From a virus (Duplodnaviria; Caudoviricetes): a DNA stretch of 41,010 nt. Shown here in pieces: positions 27,901 to 37,054 of this stretch. Position 1 is the stretch's first letter; each line of letters opens with the position of its first letter. A program made the translations under genes and the position numbers. The stretch is taken from positions 1 through 41,010 of IMG/VR virus record IMGVR_UViG_3300017910_000924; one strand, given 5' to 3'. The notes beneath the pieces were generated by a model. It searched no databases, had not been told where the DNA came from, and worked only from the letters and a program-made list of their open reading frames with translations.

Positions 27901-28085
27901 TATCGGCTGATGATCATTCTTGCATCGACTACGATGAGACAACAGGTAAGTTCTCTCTAGACGTTGCAGAAACTGAAGCTGCTATTACACCAGACAGCGC
28001 AAAAGATGCTGATAAGTTAGATGGACAACATGGTTCATTCTACCGTATCAACGTCTATGACGCAAACGGTACGTTAGTAAACTAA
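24906..28085 (+). CDS. Fibre protein (1059 aa) with two inserted beta-sandwich domains
   Basis: Shares SPETLDTLQEIVAA and TDDL.EGS.NLYFTDARA motifs with the upstream fibre; NLG.P....DAA.KSYVD twice; GNLTVSGTTTTVNS...DN.I.LN; C-terminal DADKLDG.HGS.Y. Confidence 0.7.
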   Translation: MSTNKKFRVQNGLDVTGEVTVGGVTVINADGTVVSDVSDQLVPLQSDVAALQASVQNIIGTSPETLDTLQEIVAAYEGADSDLQLLIATAVATGTANATAIAANTSSVSVLDAFVGEGNTETPNFQSEILRSDWTAIAAGESNYESSGGMNHSFFETITKTGTHSFRMLNADGGGDLARFDIDTSSLVVGTQYNLEATLVPVDARGYGGSLKIQRKSTGSQVGSVYFPETGGFVNNGGDFTFQSGMENDLEVVYRNDVNSATWDLNDIALREVGATVSALDTTAQTLAEAINELHTEVLTLSGADTSLTDSISANTTAISNEVTRATAAEQANTDAIVVEAAARAAADSDLSASISAISSGVNTGDLTVTGSATFESGINVGSNGGSIGYDDTSEDIQMMSDVDMSGNLIHNLGAPVSATDAASKSYVDGRISAVIGGSVESLDTIKEVVDAFEGADSDLQSLITANSTSVSANTTAIAAETTRAQGVEASLQSQITAAADTSGLEADIQANETAIATLDAFVGEGNTEAPNYLPAIASNGSSYLGNVGPSATLTGVGTHGVNIVQSNNSSFSAAGSYTLSGLTAGTEYRFDVDVTAVNAGNGLGADGINLYINDGSSNSVGGPTTLEMLGVSKFGGPEHQYFTPTSDTVTIVFYAQNTNCEWTIENMSITIEGDSPVALDTTAQTVAGAVNELAAAVADTSSITAAFQAADSDVTAAFTAADAAITTAFQAADASLQAQISAGSFDGSAIDQNLVPSVTDTYSLGTADKVWKDLYIGPGSLYLNGTKILEDDSGTITMNADAGQNLSFGATGGGSIDLNAGTESIQMKSDMVMSVGKTITTVGGAATKFGGPVDMQASKIENLGVPTSDTDAATKSYVDTAVSSSTVSGDRTFDANVIVEGNLTVSGTTTTVNSETISLADNIIDLNSNLTSGTPSEHAGIRVLRGDESAVQVRWNETSDHWEVYNGSTWTKIALDTDDLAEGSTNLYFTDARARGCVSADDHSCIDYDETTGKFSLDVAETEAAITPDSAKDADKLDGQHGSFYRINVYDANGTLVN

Positions 28086-28105
28086 TCATCTTTTATGTTG
28101 ATATT

Positions 28106-28134
28106 AAAGGGAGGCTTCGGTCTCCCTTTTTTTT
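28106..28134 (+). terminator. Intrinsic terminator
   Basis: aaagggaggc-ttcg-gtctcccttt plus T-run. Confidence 0.9.
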
Positions 28135-28147
28135 ATTTCAAAAAACG

Positions 28148-28155
28148 TATAAATA
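28148..28155 (+). promoter_or_regulatory. T4-type late promoter
   Basis: Exact TATAAATA before gp13. Confidence 0.85.
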
Positions 28156-28183
28156 GAGGTATAACAAATTTCGGAAACTGACA

Positions 28184-28954
28184 ATGTATTCTACAAGCAG
28201 AGAAGAGTTGATGGATTACTGCCTACGTGCGTTAGGCCATCCAGTAGTTGAAGTCAACATTGATGAAGAACAGCTTGACGATCGTATTGACGAGGCGTTA
28301 CAGTGGTTCCGTGAAAACCATCCGGACGGTTCTAAACGTTACTATTTAAAGCACCAGATCACTCAGACAGATATCGACAATCAATATGTTGACCTAGATG
28401 ATAATCTTGATCTTACTGCAGTTGTGCGCATGATTCCTATATCATTTAATACAGCACACTCAGGGTGGTTCAGTGATGCTTGGCAAGTGATGGCATACAC
28501 AGTCACAGACTTCACGCGAGGTCAAGGGATTCTTGGTGATTTAGCTTACTATGAAGGTATGCAACAGCACTTGTCTCTTCTTGATATGAAATTAGGTGGT
28601 GTTCCACAAATCACGTTTGATCGACAGTATAATCGAATCAACTTACATATTTCCAAAACAAAACTAAATGTAGATGATTATATTATTTTCGAAGTATATG
28701 GTATCCGAAATCCAGACGATACTGTCAACGAGTATAACTCTCTATGGAATCATCGCTTCCTAAAAGAATACGCAACCGCATTGATCAAGCGTCAGTGGGG
28801 TCTTAATCTAATTAAGTTTGACGGTATGGCACTGCCTGGCGGTGTTACCGTTAACGCACGTCTTATCTATGAAGATGCACTAGCAGACATTGAAAGAATT
28901 ATTGAGCGCTTCCGTATGGACGAAGACGAAGGCCCAATGTTCTTTATGGGGTAA
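28184..28954 (+). CDS. gp13: Neck protein gp13
   Basis: YCLRALG.PV.EVN...QL.DRIDEALQ; YATALIKRQWG.NL.KF.G..LPGGV; synteny. Confidence 0.92.
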   Translation: MYSTSREELMDYCLRALGHPVVEVNIDEEQLDDRIDEALQWFRENHPDGSKRYYLKHQITQTDIDNQYVDLDDNLDLTAVVRMIPISFNTAHSGWFSDAWQVMAYTVTDFTRGQGILGDLAYYEGMQQHLSLLDMKLGGVPQITFDRQYNRINLHISKTKLNVDDYIIFEVYGIRNPDDTVNEYNSLWNHRFLKEYATALIKRQWGLNLIKFDGMALPGGVTVNARLIYEDALADIERIIERFRMDEDEGPMFFMG

Positions 28955-28957
28955 GAT

Positions 28958-29836
28958 ATGGCGACCAACCCATATATCAGTTTAAAGAATCGTGGTGAAC
29001 AGAGTCTTTACGAAGACATTGTTATTGAGGCGATTAAATTTTACGGTCAGGATGTTTACTATCTCCCAAGAGAGGTGGTAGAGCGTGAAGACATTTTTCT
29101 AGATGCAATTCAATCACAATTCTCTGACGCATACAAAGTAGAAACCTACATCGAGAACGCAGAAGGGTTTGAAGGTGAAGGCGATCTATTCACTAAGTTT
29201 GGTATCGAGTTGCGAGACCAAGCCACGTTTGTTATTGCACGTCGCCGTTGGAGAGAGTTGGTGGGTGATCGTCTAGTTGAAGAACACCAGTTCCGTCCAC
29301 GTGAAGGCGACCTTATATTTTTACCTTTATCAGAATCTTTGTTTGAAGTAAAGCGTGTCTTTACTGAATCACCATTCTATCAACTATCTCAACTACCATT
29401 ATTCAGACTACAGTGCGAGTTGTTCGAGTTCTCAGACGAAGATTTCGACACGGGTATCGAGGCAATCGATCAGGTCGAAGAGGAACATGCATTTCAGTAC
29501 GAGTTGGTTATGGAGGATGGACCAGCTGATCAATATTACACGGTCGGTGAAACAGTTCAGCAAAACTTTGATACATTTACATTAGAAGGCGAAGTAACTG
29601 CATTCAATCCAGAAACGCGTTTGTTAAAGATTGCACATACAGGTGGTACAGACGGTAAATATCATGAGTGGGCAACAGATCGAGCGGTCATAGGTGAGAA
29701 TGCCCAGCTGACTCCAACCTCTCAAGATGAGGGTATCAATGAACTCGATCGTCTCGATCAGAAGACACAGTTCGATGACTTTGCAAATGACTTCCTAGAT
29801 TTTAGTGAGTCGAATCCGTTTGGAGATATAATATAA
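28958..29836 (+). CDS. gp14: Neck protein gp14
   Basis: EQ.LYED...E.I...G.DVYYLPR; KFG.E.RD; RP.EGDLI..P; DFSE.NPFG. Confidence 0.92.
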   Translation: MATNPYISLKNRGEQSLYEDIVIEAIKFYGQDVYYLPREVVEREDIFLDAIQSQFSDAYKVETYIENAEGFEGEGDLFTKFGIELRDQATFVIARRRWRELVGDRLVEEHQFRPREGDLIFLPLSESLFEVKRVFTESPFYQLSQLPLFRLQCELFEFSDEDFDTGIEAIDQVEEEHAFQYELVMEDGPADQYYTVGETVQQNFDTFTLEGEVTAFNPETRLLKIAHTGGTDGKYHEWATDRAVIGENAQLTPTSQDEGINELDRLDQKTQFDDFANDFLDFSESNPFGDII

Positions 29837-30615
29837 TGATGGGTGGACATTTTTATCATAAACGAGTAAGGTCATGTGTGGCTTTGTTCGGTTCTATGTT
29901 TGATGACTTACATGTTTTAAGAACAAACAGTAATGGAAAGGTTCTGTCTCAGGTTAAAGTTCCTTTGTCGTATGCACCTGCGCGTTCTTTTATTGAACGT
30001 CTAGAGGAAATGACACAAGGCGAGCAAGCAGAACGTCGCGTTGCCCTGAAACTTCCTCGCATGTCATTTGAGATCACATCAATTGCTTACGATGCTCAAA
30101 GACAGCTACCTAAGATAAATCAATTTTCAGTCACTGGTGATAATCAGCGCGCAAAGAAATATTATGTTGGCGTTCCTTACACGCTGTCGTTTGAATTAAA
30201 TGTATATGCTCGATCACAAGATGATGCACTTCAAGTGGTCGAACAAATTATACCATACTTCGCACCTCAATATAGTATAACTGTTAAACCTTTTATTGAT
30301 CAACCAGATATTAAAGAAGATATTCCGATTAGTTTAACAGGGGTTAGTTTTCAGGATGACTACGAAGGTCCAGTAGAACAACGTCGTACCATCATATACA
30401 CAATGAGTTTTGACATGCGTGTCAATTTTTATGGTCCAGAATATAGCGGTCCAGCTATTCGTGAAGTAAACACCAATCTAAATCTTATAGATAATAATGG
30501 ATCAGGCTTTGTTGAAAATATTCAAGTGACGCCAGATCCAATTGATGTAAGTCCAGATAGCGACTATGGATTCCAAATCCAAATAAATGATAATGATTTT
30601 ACGAGTGATTCATAA
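29836..30615 (+). CDS. gp15: Tail sheath stabiliser / terminator gp15
   Basis: FYH...R..V..FG..F; VPL.Y.P; LPRMSFE; QIIPYF.P; synteny. Confidence 0.92.
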   Translation: MMGGHFYHKRVRSCVALFGSMFDDLHVLRTNSNGKVLSQVKVPLSYAPARSFIERLEEMTQGEQAERRVALKLPRMSFEITSIAYDAQRQLPKINQFSVTGDNQRAKKYYVGVPYTLSFELNVYARSQDDALQVVEQIIPYFAPQYSITVKPFIDQPDIKEDIPISLTGVSFQDDYEGPVEQRRTIIYTMSFDMRVNFYGPEYSGPAIREVNTNLNLIDNNGSGFVENIQVTPDPIDVSPDSDYGFQIQINDNDFTSDS

Positions 30616-30998
30616 TGTCAGACCGTAGTAAACCGCCAGCATTATTTGACAAAGAGCAAAAAGAAAATTTTGTTCATGAACAAGATTATGAATACTCTCG
30701 CGATACTTACTATGATCTAATAGAAAAGGGTCGTGAGTCACTTGATCTCATGATTGAAGTAGCACGCGAGTCTGAGCATCCACGTGCATTTGAAGTATTA
30801 TCCAATATGATCAAAGGCATTGCAGATGTCAATGATAAATTGATGGATCTTAATAAGAAACAGAAAGAGCTCAAAAAAGAAGATAAACCTGCCGAAACAA
30901 CTACTAATAACAATCTATTTGTCGGGTCAACGACTGATTTACAGCGTATGCTATTGGGTGATGAAAAAACTATAGACCACGACGACAAAGATGAGTAG
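30615..30998 (+). CDS. gp16: Terminase small subunit gp16
   Basis: DYEYSR..Y..LIEKG; ESEHPRAFEV; NN.FVGST.DLQ. Confidence 0.92.
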   Translation: MSDRSKPPALFDKEQKENFVHEQDYEYSRDTYYDLIEKGRESLDLMIEVARESEHPRAFEVLSNMIKGIADVNDKLMDLNKKQKELKKEDKPAETTTNNNLFVGSTTDLQRMLLGDEKTIDHDDKDE

Positions 30999-32598
30999 TT
31001 ATACAAAGAACTCCTACTTAGGCAATCCGTTAGTTAAAAAGGATGGTGTCGCAGAAGAATGGGACGCCAAGAAACTGCGTGAGTATAAAAAGTGCATGAA
31101 GGATCCTGCATACTTCTGTCGAAAGTATGTTAAAGTAGTGCACCTTGATAAAGGTCTAGTGCCATTTAAACTCTATCCGTATCAGGAGAAGATGTTTCAG
31201 CACTTTAACGACAATCGATTCAATATCGTATTGGCTTGTCGTCAGTCGGGTAAGTCGATTAGTTCGGTAGGATACCTTTTATGGTATGCCCTATTCCATC
31301 CAGAGAAAACCATCGCAATCCTTGCAAACAAAGGTATGACTGCACGTGAGATGTTGGCGCGTGTCACGCTCATGTTAGAGAATCTACCTTTCTTTCTACA
31401 GCCAGGGTGTAAGGCACTGAACAAAGGTTCGCTAGAATTCTCTAATAACTCACGTATTATCGCTGCAGCGACATCCGGATCATCAATTCGTGGTATGTCG
31501 GTCAACCTGCTGTTCTTAGATGAGTTTGCATTCGTCGAGAACGCGGCAGAGTTCTATACATCTACCTATCCGGTAATCTCATCGGGTAAGGACACTAAGG
31601 TCATCATCACGTCAACCGCCAATGGTATTGGTAACACCTACCATAAAATATGGGAAGGTGCTGTACAAGGTGTAAATGAATATACGCCATTCCGTGTGGA
31701 TTGGTGGGATGTGCCGGGCCGTGATGACAAATGGAAAGAACAAACAATCGCAAACACTTCAAGTCTGCAGTTTGATCAAGAATTTGGTAACACCTTTTTC
31801 GGTACAGGGAATACTCTCATTGAGGGTCAGGTGCTTCTTGATTTAAGGGCTAGAGAACCCATACATCGATATGAAGGTGGAGACTTATGCGTTTATGAAG
31901 AACCTAAACAAGACCATCAATATATCATGACTGTGGATGTTTGTCAAGGGCGTGGACAAGATTATTCCACATTTAATATTATTGATGTCACCAATCAACC
32001 ATTTAGACAAGTGTGTGTATACAGAAATAATAAAATTTCTCCAATATTGTATCCAAATGTAATTTACAAGTACGCAACATTGTATAACGAGGCATATGTT
32101 GTAGTAGAAAACAACGATCAAGGAATGGTCGTTTGTGTAGGACTGTATCAAGAGCTTGAATATGAGAACATTCACCTTGAGTCTGCAATCAAATCAGATG
32201 CGATTGGTATTCGCATGGACCGTAAAGTAAAGCGCATCGGGTGCTCGTCGATCAAAGACATCATCGAGGCAGGAAAGTTAGAGATTGTCGATGAAAACAC
32301 TATCATGGAGATCTCTACATTTGTATCTAAAGGTCAGTCATTCGAGGCGAGTGATGGTAACCACGATGACTTAATGATGAATCTTGTAATGTTTGGATAC
32401 TTTGTAGGTACTCAGTCGTTCGGTGATATGACAGATGTAAATTTAAAACAGATGCTATTCGATCAACGTATGAAAGAGATTGAGGACGATGTTCCTCCGT
32501 TTGGTATAATAGATGACGGTAACCCACACATACCTGTAGTTGCGGAAGACGATCCCTACAGTATGGGTTGGGCCAATTATGACCCTGAAGAATGGTAA
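30991..32598 (+). CDS. gp17: Terminase large subunit gp17
   Basis: Walker A CRQSGKS, Walker B LLFLDEFAF, ITSTANG, nuclease D...G.GQDYS and HDDL.M. Confidence 0.97.
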   Translation: MSSYTKNSYLGNPLVKKDGVAEEWDAKKLREYKKCMKDPAYFCRKYVKVVHLDKGLVPFKLYPYQEKMFQHFNDNRFNIVLACRQSGKSISSVGYLLWYALFHPEKTIAILANKGMTAREMLARVTLMLENLPFFLQPGCKALNKGSLEFSNNSRIIAAATSGSSIRGMSVNLLFLDEFAFVENAAEFYTSTYPVISSGKDTKVIITSTANGIGNTYHKIWEGAVQGVNEYTPFRVDWWDVPGRDDKWKEQTIANTSSLQFDQEFGNTFFGTGNTLIEGQVLLDLRAREPIHRYEGGDLCVYEEPKQDHQYIMTVDVCQGRGQDYSTFNIIDVTNQPFRQVCVYRNNKISPILYPNVIYKYATLYNEAYVVVENNDQGMVVCVGLYQELEYENIHLESAIKSDAIGIRMDRKVKRIGCSSIKDIIEAGKLEIVDENTIMEISTFVSKGQSFEASDGNHDDLMMNLVMFGYFVGTQSFGDMTDVNLKQMLFDQRMKEIEDDVPPFGIIDDGNPHIPVVAEDDPYSMGWANYDPEEW

Positions 32599-32610
32599 AT
32601 ATTCTTTTAT

Positions 32611-32618
32611 TATAAATA
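32611..32618 (+). promoter_or_regulatory. T4-type late promoter
   Basis: Exact TATAAATA before gp18. Confidence 0.85.
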
Positions 32619-32682
32619 GATACATTGAAATAATTATACCGTATTATGATAACTTATTATACCTTAACAAAAGGACACTATT

Positions 32683-34326
32683 ATGGCTCTTAAATTTTCT
32701 GAGTCACCGGCGGTAACTGTTCGTGAGATTGATCTAACTGGGGTTGTCCCATCGGTCACATCTACCACAGGTGCATTCGTTGGTGATTTTAACTGGGGCC
32801 CTGTAAATACACCAGTACTGGTCGGTACCGAATCTGAACTGGCGTCAACTTTCGGGTCTCCTCTAGCGGGAGATGCATACACAGGCGACTTCTTGTCTGT
32901 CGCGCATTTTCTAAAATATTCTTCAAGCGCATTCGTTGTACGCGCTGCTAAAACAGGTTCTGCAGCTGCGACTGCTGCACCATTCACTGCAAAATATCCA
33001 GGCGAACTAGGTAACTCAGTAGTCGTCGAAGTCTGTGACGCTGCTCACTGGCTTGACACTTCTGACACTCAAGTTCAAGCAACAGATTCAGATGGCAACC
33101 CTGTCACAGAAACTGTTCCTGTACTTGACTCAGATGGTAACCCAGTACTTGAGTCAGACGGAACACCTGTCACACAGGAAGTTCCAGTGATGGTAGATGC
33201 AAGCACTGATCCGTGGGCATATCAAGGTCTTTTCTCTTCTGCTCCAGTAGGAGATGAACTGCACGTTGTTGTTCTAGTTGCGGGAGAAGTTGTGGATACG
33301 TTTGAATACGTCTCAACAGATCCAAACGCAAAACTAGACAACGGTTCAACTAACTACATCGTAGACGTTGTAACAGCAGGTTCATCTTGGGTAGATTTAT
33401 CAGGCATTCCAACTGCTGGTCAATATCCACTACAAAATGGTGATGATGGAACTACTCCAGAATATGTTGCTGCATACGGCGTATTCGGAGATAAGGACAC
33501 TATCCAGATCGACTTCTTGGTCCCACCAGCTGGCGGTCAAAGTTCTGCTGTTACAATCCAACAAGAATTGGTAAGTATCGCAGAAGCACGTAAGGATTGT
33601 ATCGCAGTTGTTTCACCAGCATTCACTGGCGCATTGACTGTAGACGCAATGTTGTCGCATGTAGAATCATTAGCACAAAACTCATCATACCTAGTTGTCG
33701 ATGGCAACTGGTTGAAGGTCTATGACAAGTTCAACGATAAGTACGAGAACATTCCAGCGGCATCATCAACTGCAGGCATCATGGCTGCAGGTGACGTAAC
33801 AGACGCACCTTGGTTCTCACCAGCAGGTTCGCGTCGAGGTCAATACTTGGGTGTCACTGACATTCTAGTCAATCCATCTAAGACAGACCGTGATCGTTTA
33901 TACAAAGCAGGAATCAATCCAATCGTCAGTTTCCCTGGCCAGGGTATCATGCTTTACGGTGACAAGACTCACATGTCTCGCCCGTCTGCATTCGATCGCA
34001 TCAACGTACGTCGTCTGTTCCTAGTTCTAGAACGTGCAATTTCTGCAGCTGCAGAGAACGTAATGTTCGAACTAAACGATGAGTTTACTCGTGCAGAGTT
34101 CGCAAACGTCGTAGAACCATTCCTACGTGAAGTTCAGGGTCGTCGCGGTATCACTGATTTCCGTCTTGTTTGTGACGAAACAAACAACACGCCAGAAGTT
34201 ATTGATCGCAACGAATTCGTCGCATCTTGCTTCATCAAGCCAGCACGTTCAATCAACTACGTAACTCTAAACTTCGTAGCAGTGAGAACTGGTGTTGAGT
34301 TTGAAGAAGTCGTCGGCACAGTATAG
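32683..34326 (+). CDS. gp18: Tail sheath protein gp18
   Basis: SP.V..REIDLT; F.WGP; PWFSPAG..RG; FDRINVRRLF; IKPARSINY..LNFVA. Confidence 0.97.
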   Translation: MALKFSESPAVTVREIDLTGVVPSVTSTTGAFVGDFNWGPVNTPVLVGTESELASTFGSPLAGDAYTGDFLSVAHFLKYSSSAFVVRAAKTGSAAATAAPFTAKYPGELGNSVVVEVCDAAHWLDTSDTQVQATDSDGNPVTETVPVLDSDGNPVLESDGTPVTQEVPVMVDASTDPWAYQGLFSSAPVGDELHVVVLVAGEVVDTFEYVSTDPNAKLDNGSTNYIVDVVTAGSSWVDLSGIPTAGQYPLQNGDDGTTPEYVAAYGVFGDKDTIQIDFLVPPAGGQSSAVTIQQELVSIAEARKDCIAVVSPAFTGALTVDAMLSHVESLAQNSSYLVVDGNWLKVYDKFNDKYENIPAASSTAGIMAAGDVTDAPWFSPAGSRRGQYLGVTDILVNPSKTDRDRLYKAGINPIVSFPGQGIMLYGDKTHMSRPSAFDRINVRRLFLVLERAISAAAENVMFELNDEFTRAEFANVVEPFLREVQGRRGITDFRLVCDETNNTPEVIDRNEFVASCFIKPARSINYVTLNFVAVRTGVEFEEVVGTV

Positions 34327-34337
34327 GGGGAATAATC

Positions 34338-34862
34338 ATGTCACTAAGAGTAGATGATTTTAAAGCAAAACTAAAGGGTGGCGGTGCACGTCCTAATTTA
34401 TTCCGTGTAACCCTAAATTTCCCAGCGTATGCCGATGGTAATGCAGAACTAACTTCATTCATGTGCAAAGGCGCACAGTTGCCTGCATCAACAATCAATG
34501 CTGTCGAAGTACCATTCCGTGGTCGTCAGTTGAAGATTGCTGGTGACCGTACATTTGAGGATTGGTCAGTTACAGTAATCAACGATACAGGTTTCGAAGT
34601 CCGTAACGCAATGGAGCGTTGGATGAATGGAATCAATGGTCACACTGCAAACACGGGTTTCACAAACCCTGTTGCATATCAGGCAGATCTAATTGTAGAT
34701 CAGCTAGATAAGGATGGTGGCGTATTGAAGACCTACAACTTCCGTGGCGCATTCCCTAACAGCGTTAGCGCAATTGATCTATCGTATGATACTGTCGATA
34801 CAGTTGAAGAGTTTGAAGTAGCATTTTCTATTCAATATTGGGAGTCAAATACCACTAGTTAA
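34338..34862 (+). CDS. gp19: Tail tube protein gp19
   Basis: GGARPNLF.V; FRGR.LK.AGDRTF..W..T..ND. Confidence 0.96.
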   Translation: MSLRVDDFKAKLKGGGARPNLFRVTLNFPAYADGNAELTSFMCKGAQLPASTINAVEVPFRGRQLKIAGDRTFEDWSVTVINDTGFEVRNAMERWMNGINGHTANTGFTNPVAYQADLIVDQLDKDGGVLKTYNFRGAFPNSVSAIDLSYDTVDTVEEFEVAFSIQYWESNTTS

Positions 34863-34868
34863 TGGTAT

Positions 34869-34876
34869 TATAAGTA
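34869..34876 (+). promoter_or_regulatory. Variant late promoter (TATAAGTA)
   Basis: One mismatch to TATAAATA, intergenic before gp20. Confidence 0.4.
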
Positions 34877-34885
34877 AGTTTGATA

Positions 34886-34912
34886 GGGGGTGGTTAAACA
34901 CCCCCCATTTTA
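34886..34912 (+). terminator. Intrinsic terminator / stem-loop after gp19
   Basis: gggggtg...caccccc followed by catttta. Confidence 0.65.
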
Positions 34913-34927
34913 TTATTTGAGGATTAT

Positions 34928-36433
34928 ATGGCAGACGACAAGAATATATTTCAAGCATTCGGGTTTGAACTAAAACGTGTTCAAAACAAAAAGGATGAAG
35001 ATAATAAGACACCGTCAATCGTACCAAAAGTCGATGAAGACGGGGCTGGGTATGTCTCTGCGTCAGGTTCTTACTTTGGTCAGTACATCGATATGGACGG
35101 TGGTGCTGCTAAAGACAATTCAGAGCTGATTCGTAAATATCGTGCAATTGCAGAACATCCAGAATGTGATGCTGCCATTGAGGATATTATTAATGAGTCA
35201 GTAGTTTCTTCAGAAATGGAGGCATCAGTTAGCATCAATTTAGATAAAGTTGAAGCACCAGAAAAAATCAAGAAAACCATCACCGAAGAATTTGATAATA
35301 TTCTTTCTATGTTAAATTTTGAGGAACATGGCCATGATATGTTCCGTGGTTGGTATATTGATGGTCGTATGTATCATCACTTAGTCGTAAACGAATCTAA
35401 CTTAAAAGCAGGCATCCAAGAAATTCGTCCTATTGATGCAACTAAGATTCGTAAAGTTAAAGAGGTAAAATACAAAAAAGATCCAAAAACTGGCGCAAAG
35501 TTAGTTGATAAGGTCAATGAGTTTTACATCTTCCAAGAGAAGGGTGGAGCTGCAACTGGTGTGAAATTAACACCGGATTCTGTTTCGTATGTTACTTCAG
35601 GACTATTAGATACGTCTAAAAAGCGCGTCCTATCTTACCTGCAAAAAGCAATCAAACCAGTAAACCAGTTACGTATGATGGAAGACTCTTTGGTCATCTA
35701 TCGTATGGCTCGTGCACCTGAACGTCGAATTTTTTATATCGACGTAGGTAATCTACCAAAGGGTAAAGCAGAGCAACACTTGAAAGACATCATGGCGCGT
35801 TATCGTAATAAGATCGTTTATGATGCAAACTCAGGTGAATTAAAAGATGACCGTAAGCATATGTCGATGCTCGAAGACTTTTGGTTGCCGCGTCGTGAAG
35901 GTGGACGTGGTACAGAGATTAGTACTTTGCCTGGTGGTGAGAACTTAGGTCAGATCGACGACATCATTTATTTTCAAAAGAAGCTGTATCGTTCTTTGAA
36001 TGTACCACTAAATCGCCTCGAGCAAGAGTCACAGTTCTCTTTAGGTAGATCTACAGAAATAAATCGCGATGAAGTAAAATTCCAGAAGTTTATTGATCGT
36101 CTGCGTAAGAAGTTTTCACATTTGTTCATAGGCGTCCTAAAGAAACAATTAATTTTAAAAGGTGTGTGTACTGAACAAGATTGGGAGTCTTGGAAAAACG
36201 AAATACAGGTTGACTATAATAGAGACAACCACTTTGCTGAACTAAAAGATTCAGAACTATTACGTGAGCGTTTAGCTACTATGGATCAAATTTCTAGTTA
36301 TGTAGGCGAATACTTTTCACGTACATGGGTTATGAAAAACGTCATGATGTTCGACGAGAAAGACATCGAAGAAATGGTGAAAGAAATTAACACTGAGACA
36401 GAGGCGTCCGGTGGTGAAACTGAAGATGAATAA
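34928..36433 (+). CDS. gp20: Portal vertex protein gp20
   Basis: RAPERRIFYIDVGNLPK.KAEQ; EDFWLPRREGGRGTEI.TLPGG.NLG. Confidence 0.98.
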   Translation: MADDKNIFQAFGFELKRVQNKKDEDNKTPSIVPKVDEDGAGYVSASGSYFGQYIDMDGGAAKDNSELIRKYRAIAEHPECDAAIEDIINESVVSSEMEASVSINLDKVEAPEKIKKTITEEFDNILSMLNFEEHGHDMFRGWYIDGRMYHHLVVNESNLKAGIQEIRPIDATKIRKVKEVKYKKDPKTGAKLVDKVNEFYIFQEKGGAATGVKLTPDSVSYVTSGLLDTSKKRVLSYLQKAIKPVNQLRMMEDSLVIYRMARAPERRIFYIDVGNLPKGKAEQHLKDIMARYRNKIVYDANSGELKDDRKHMSMLEDFWLPRREGGRGTEISTLPGGENLGQIDDIIYFQKKLYRSLNVPLNRLEQESQFSLGRSTEINRDEVKFQKFIDRLRKKFSHLFIGVLKKQLILKGVCTEQDWESWKNEIQVDYNRDNHFAELKDSELLRERLATMDQISSYVGEYFSRTWVMKNVMMFDEKDIEEMVKEINTETEASGGETEDE

Positions 36434-36444
36434 AGGGTAAATTT

Positions 36445-36795
36445 ATGAGTGATTTAGATAATACATTAGACCAAGAAGAAGTTGTAGATCAAGAAGTTGC
36501 AGCAGAAACCGAAGAGGATACACTTGACCCTCTTCGCAGTTTTGTTGATGCACTTCAAGGTGGTAACTTCAATAGCGCAGAAACCATGTTTAATGACATT
36601 TTGGGTAACAAGGTGCAGGACGCATTGGATGCTGAAAAGATTGCGGTCGCAGATGAGATCTTCAACGGCGTTGAGCCAGTTGAGTTTGATGATGAGGAAG
36701 AGGTCGAGGATGATGTTACTTCCGAAGTCGAATATGGATCTGAGGCTGAAGAGTTTGGCTCAGCTGAGTCTGAAGAGACTGAAGAAGAGGTCTAA
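36445..36795 (+). CDS. Acidic prohead core protein (gp67 position)
   Basis: Very acidic; A...F..IL..KV.DALD..K..VA motif; directly after gp20. Confidence 0.65.
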   Translation: MSDLDNTLDQEEVVDQEVAAETEEDTLDPLRSFVDALQGGNFNSAETMFNDILGNKVQDALDAEKIAVADEIFNGVEPVEFDDEEEVEDDVTSEVEYGSEAEEFGSAESEETEEEV

Positions 36796-36827
36796 TAACA
36801 AAAAGTTTCATTTAAAAAACTTTTTTG

Positions 36828-36835
36828 TATAAATA
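36828..36835 (+). promoter_or_regulatory. T4-type late promoter
   Basis: Exact TATAAATA, intergenic. Confidence 0.8.
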
Positions 36836-36855
36836 CCTTCTAAAGGAGACTAAAC

Positions 36856-37053
36856 GTGAAAACTTTTAGGGAGTTACGAGAGGCAAAGGACAAGGTAGTC
36901 TTCAAAAAGAAGATGTCTGGTTATCCTGTCGTAATCACAAAAACGAATAAAGGTTTTCACCTAAGTATCGATGGTGATTCTGTCGATACATTCAAGTCGC
37001 AGAAAGAAGCGGAATCAACCGCAAAACAAGTCCTAAAGGACTTAGGAAAATAA
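36856..37053 (+). CDS. Small basic protein, prohead-core-like (gp68 position)
   Basis: SD aaggag with GTG start; MKTF.ELRE N-terminus typical of T4-like head-internal proteins. Confidence 0.55.
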   Translation: MKTFRELREAKDKVVFKKKMSGYPVVITKTNKGFHLSIDGDSVDTFKSQKEAESTAKQVLKDLGK

Positions 37054-37054
37054 A

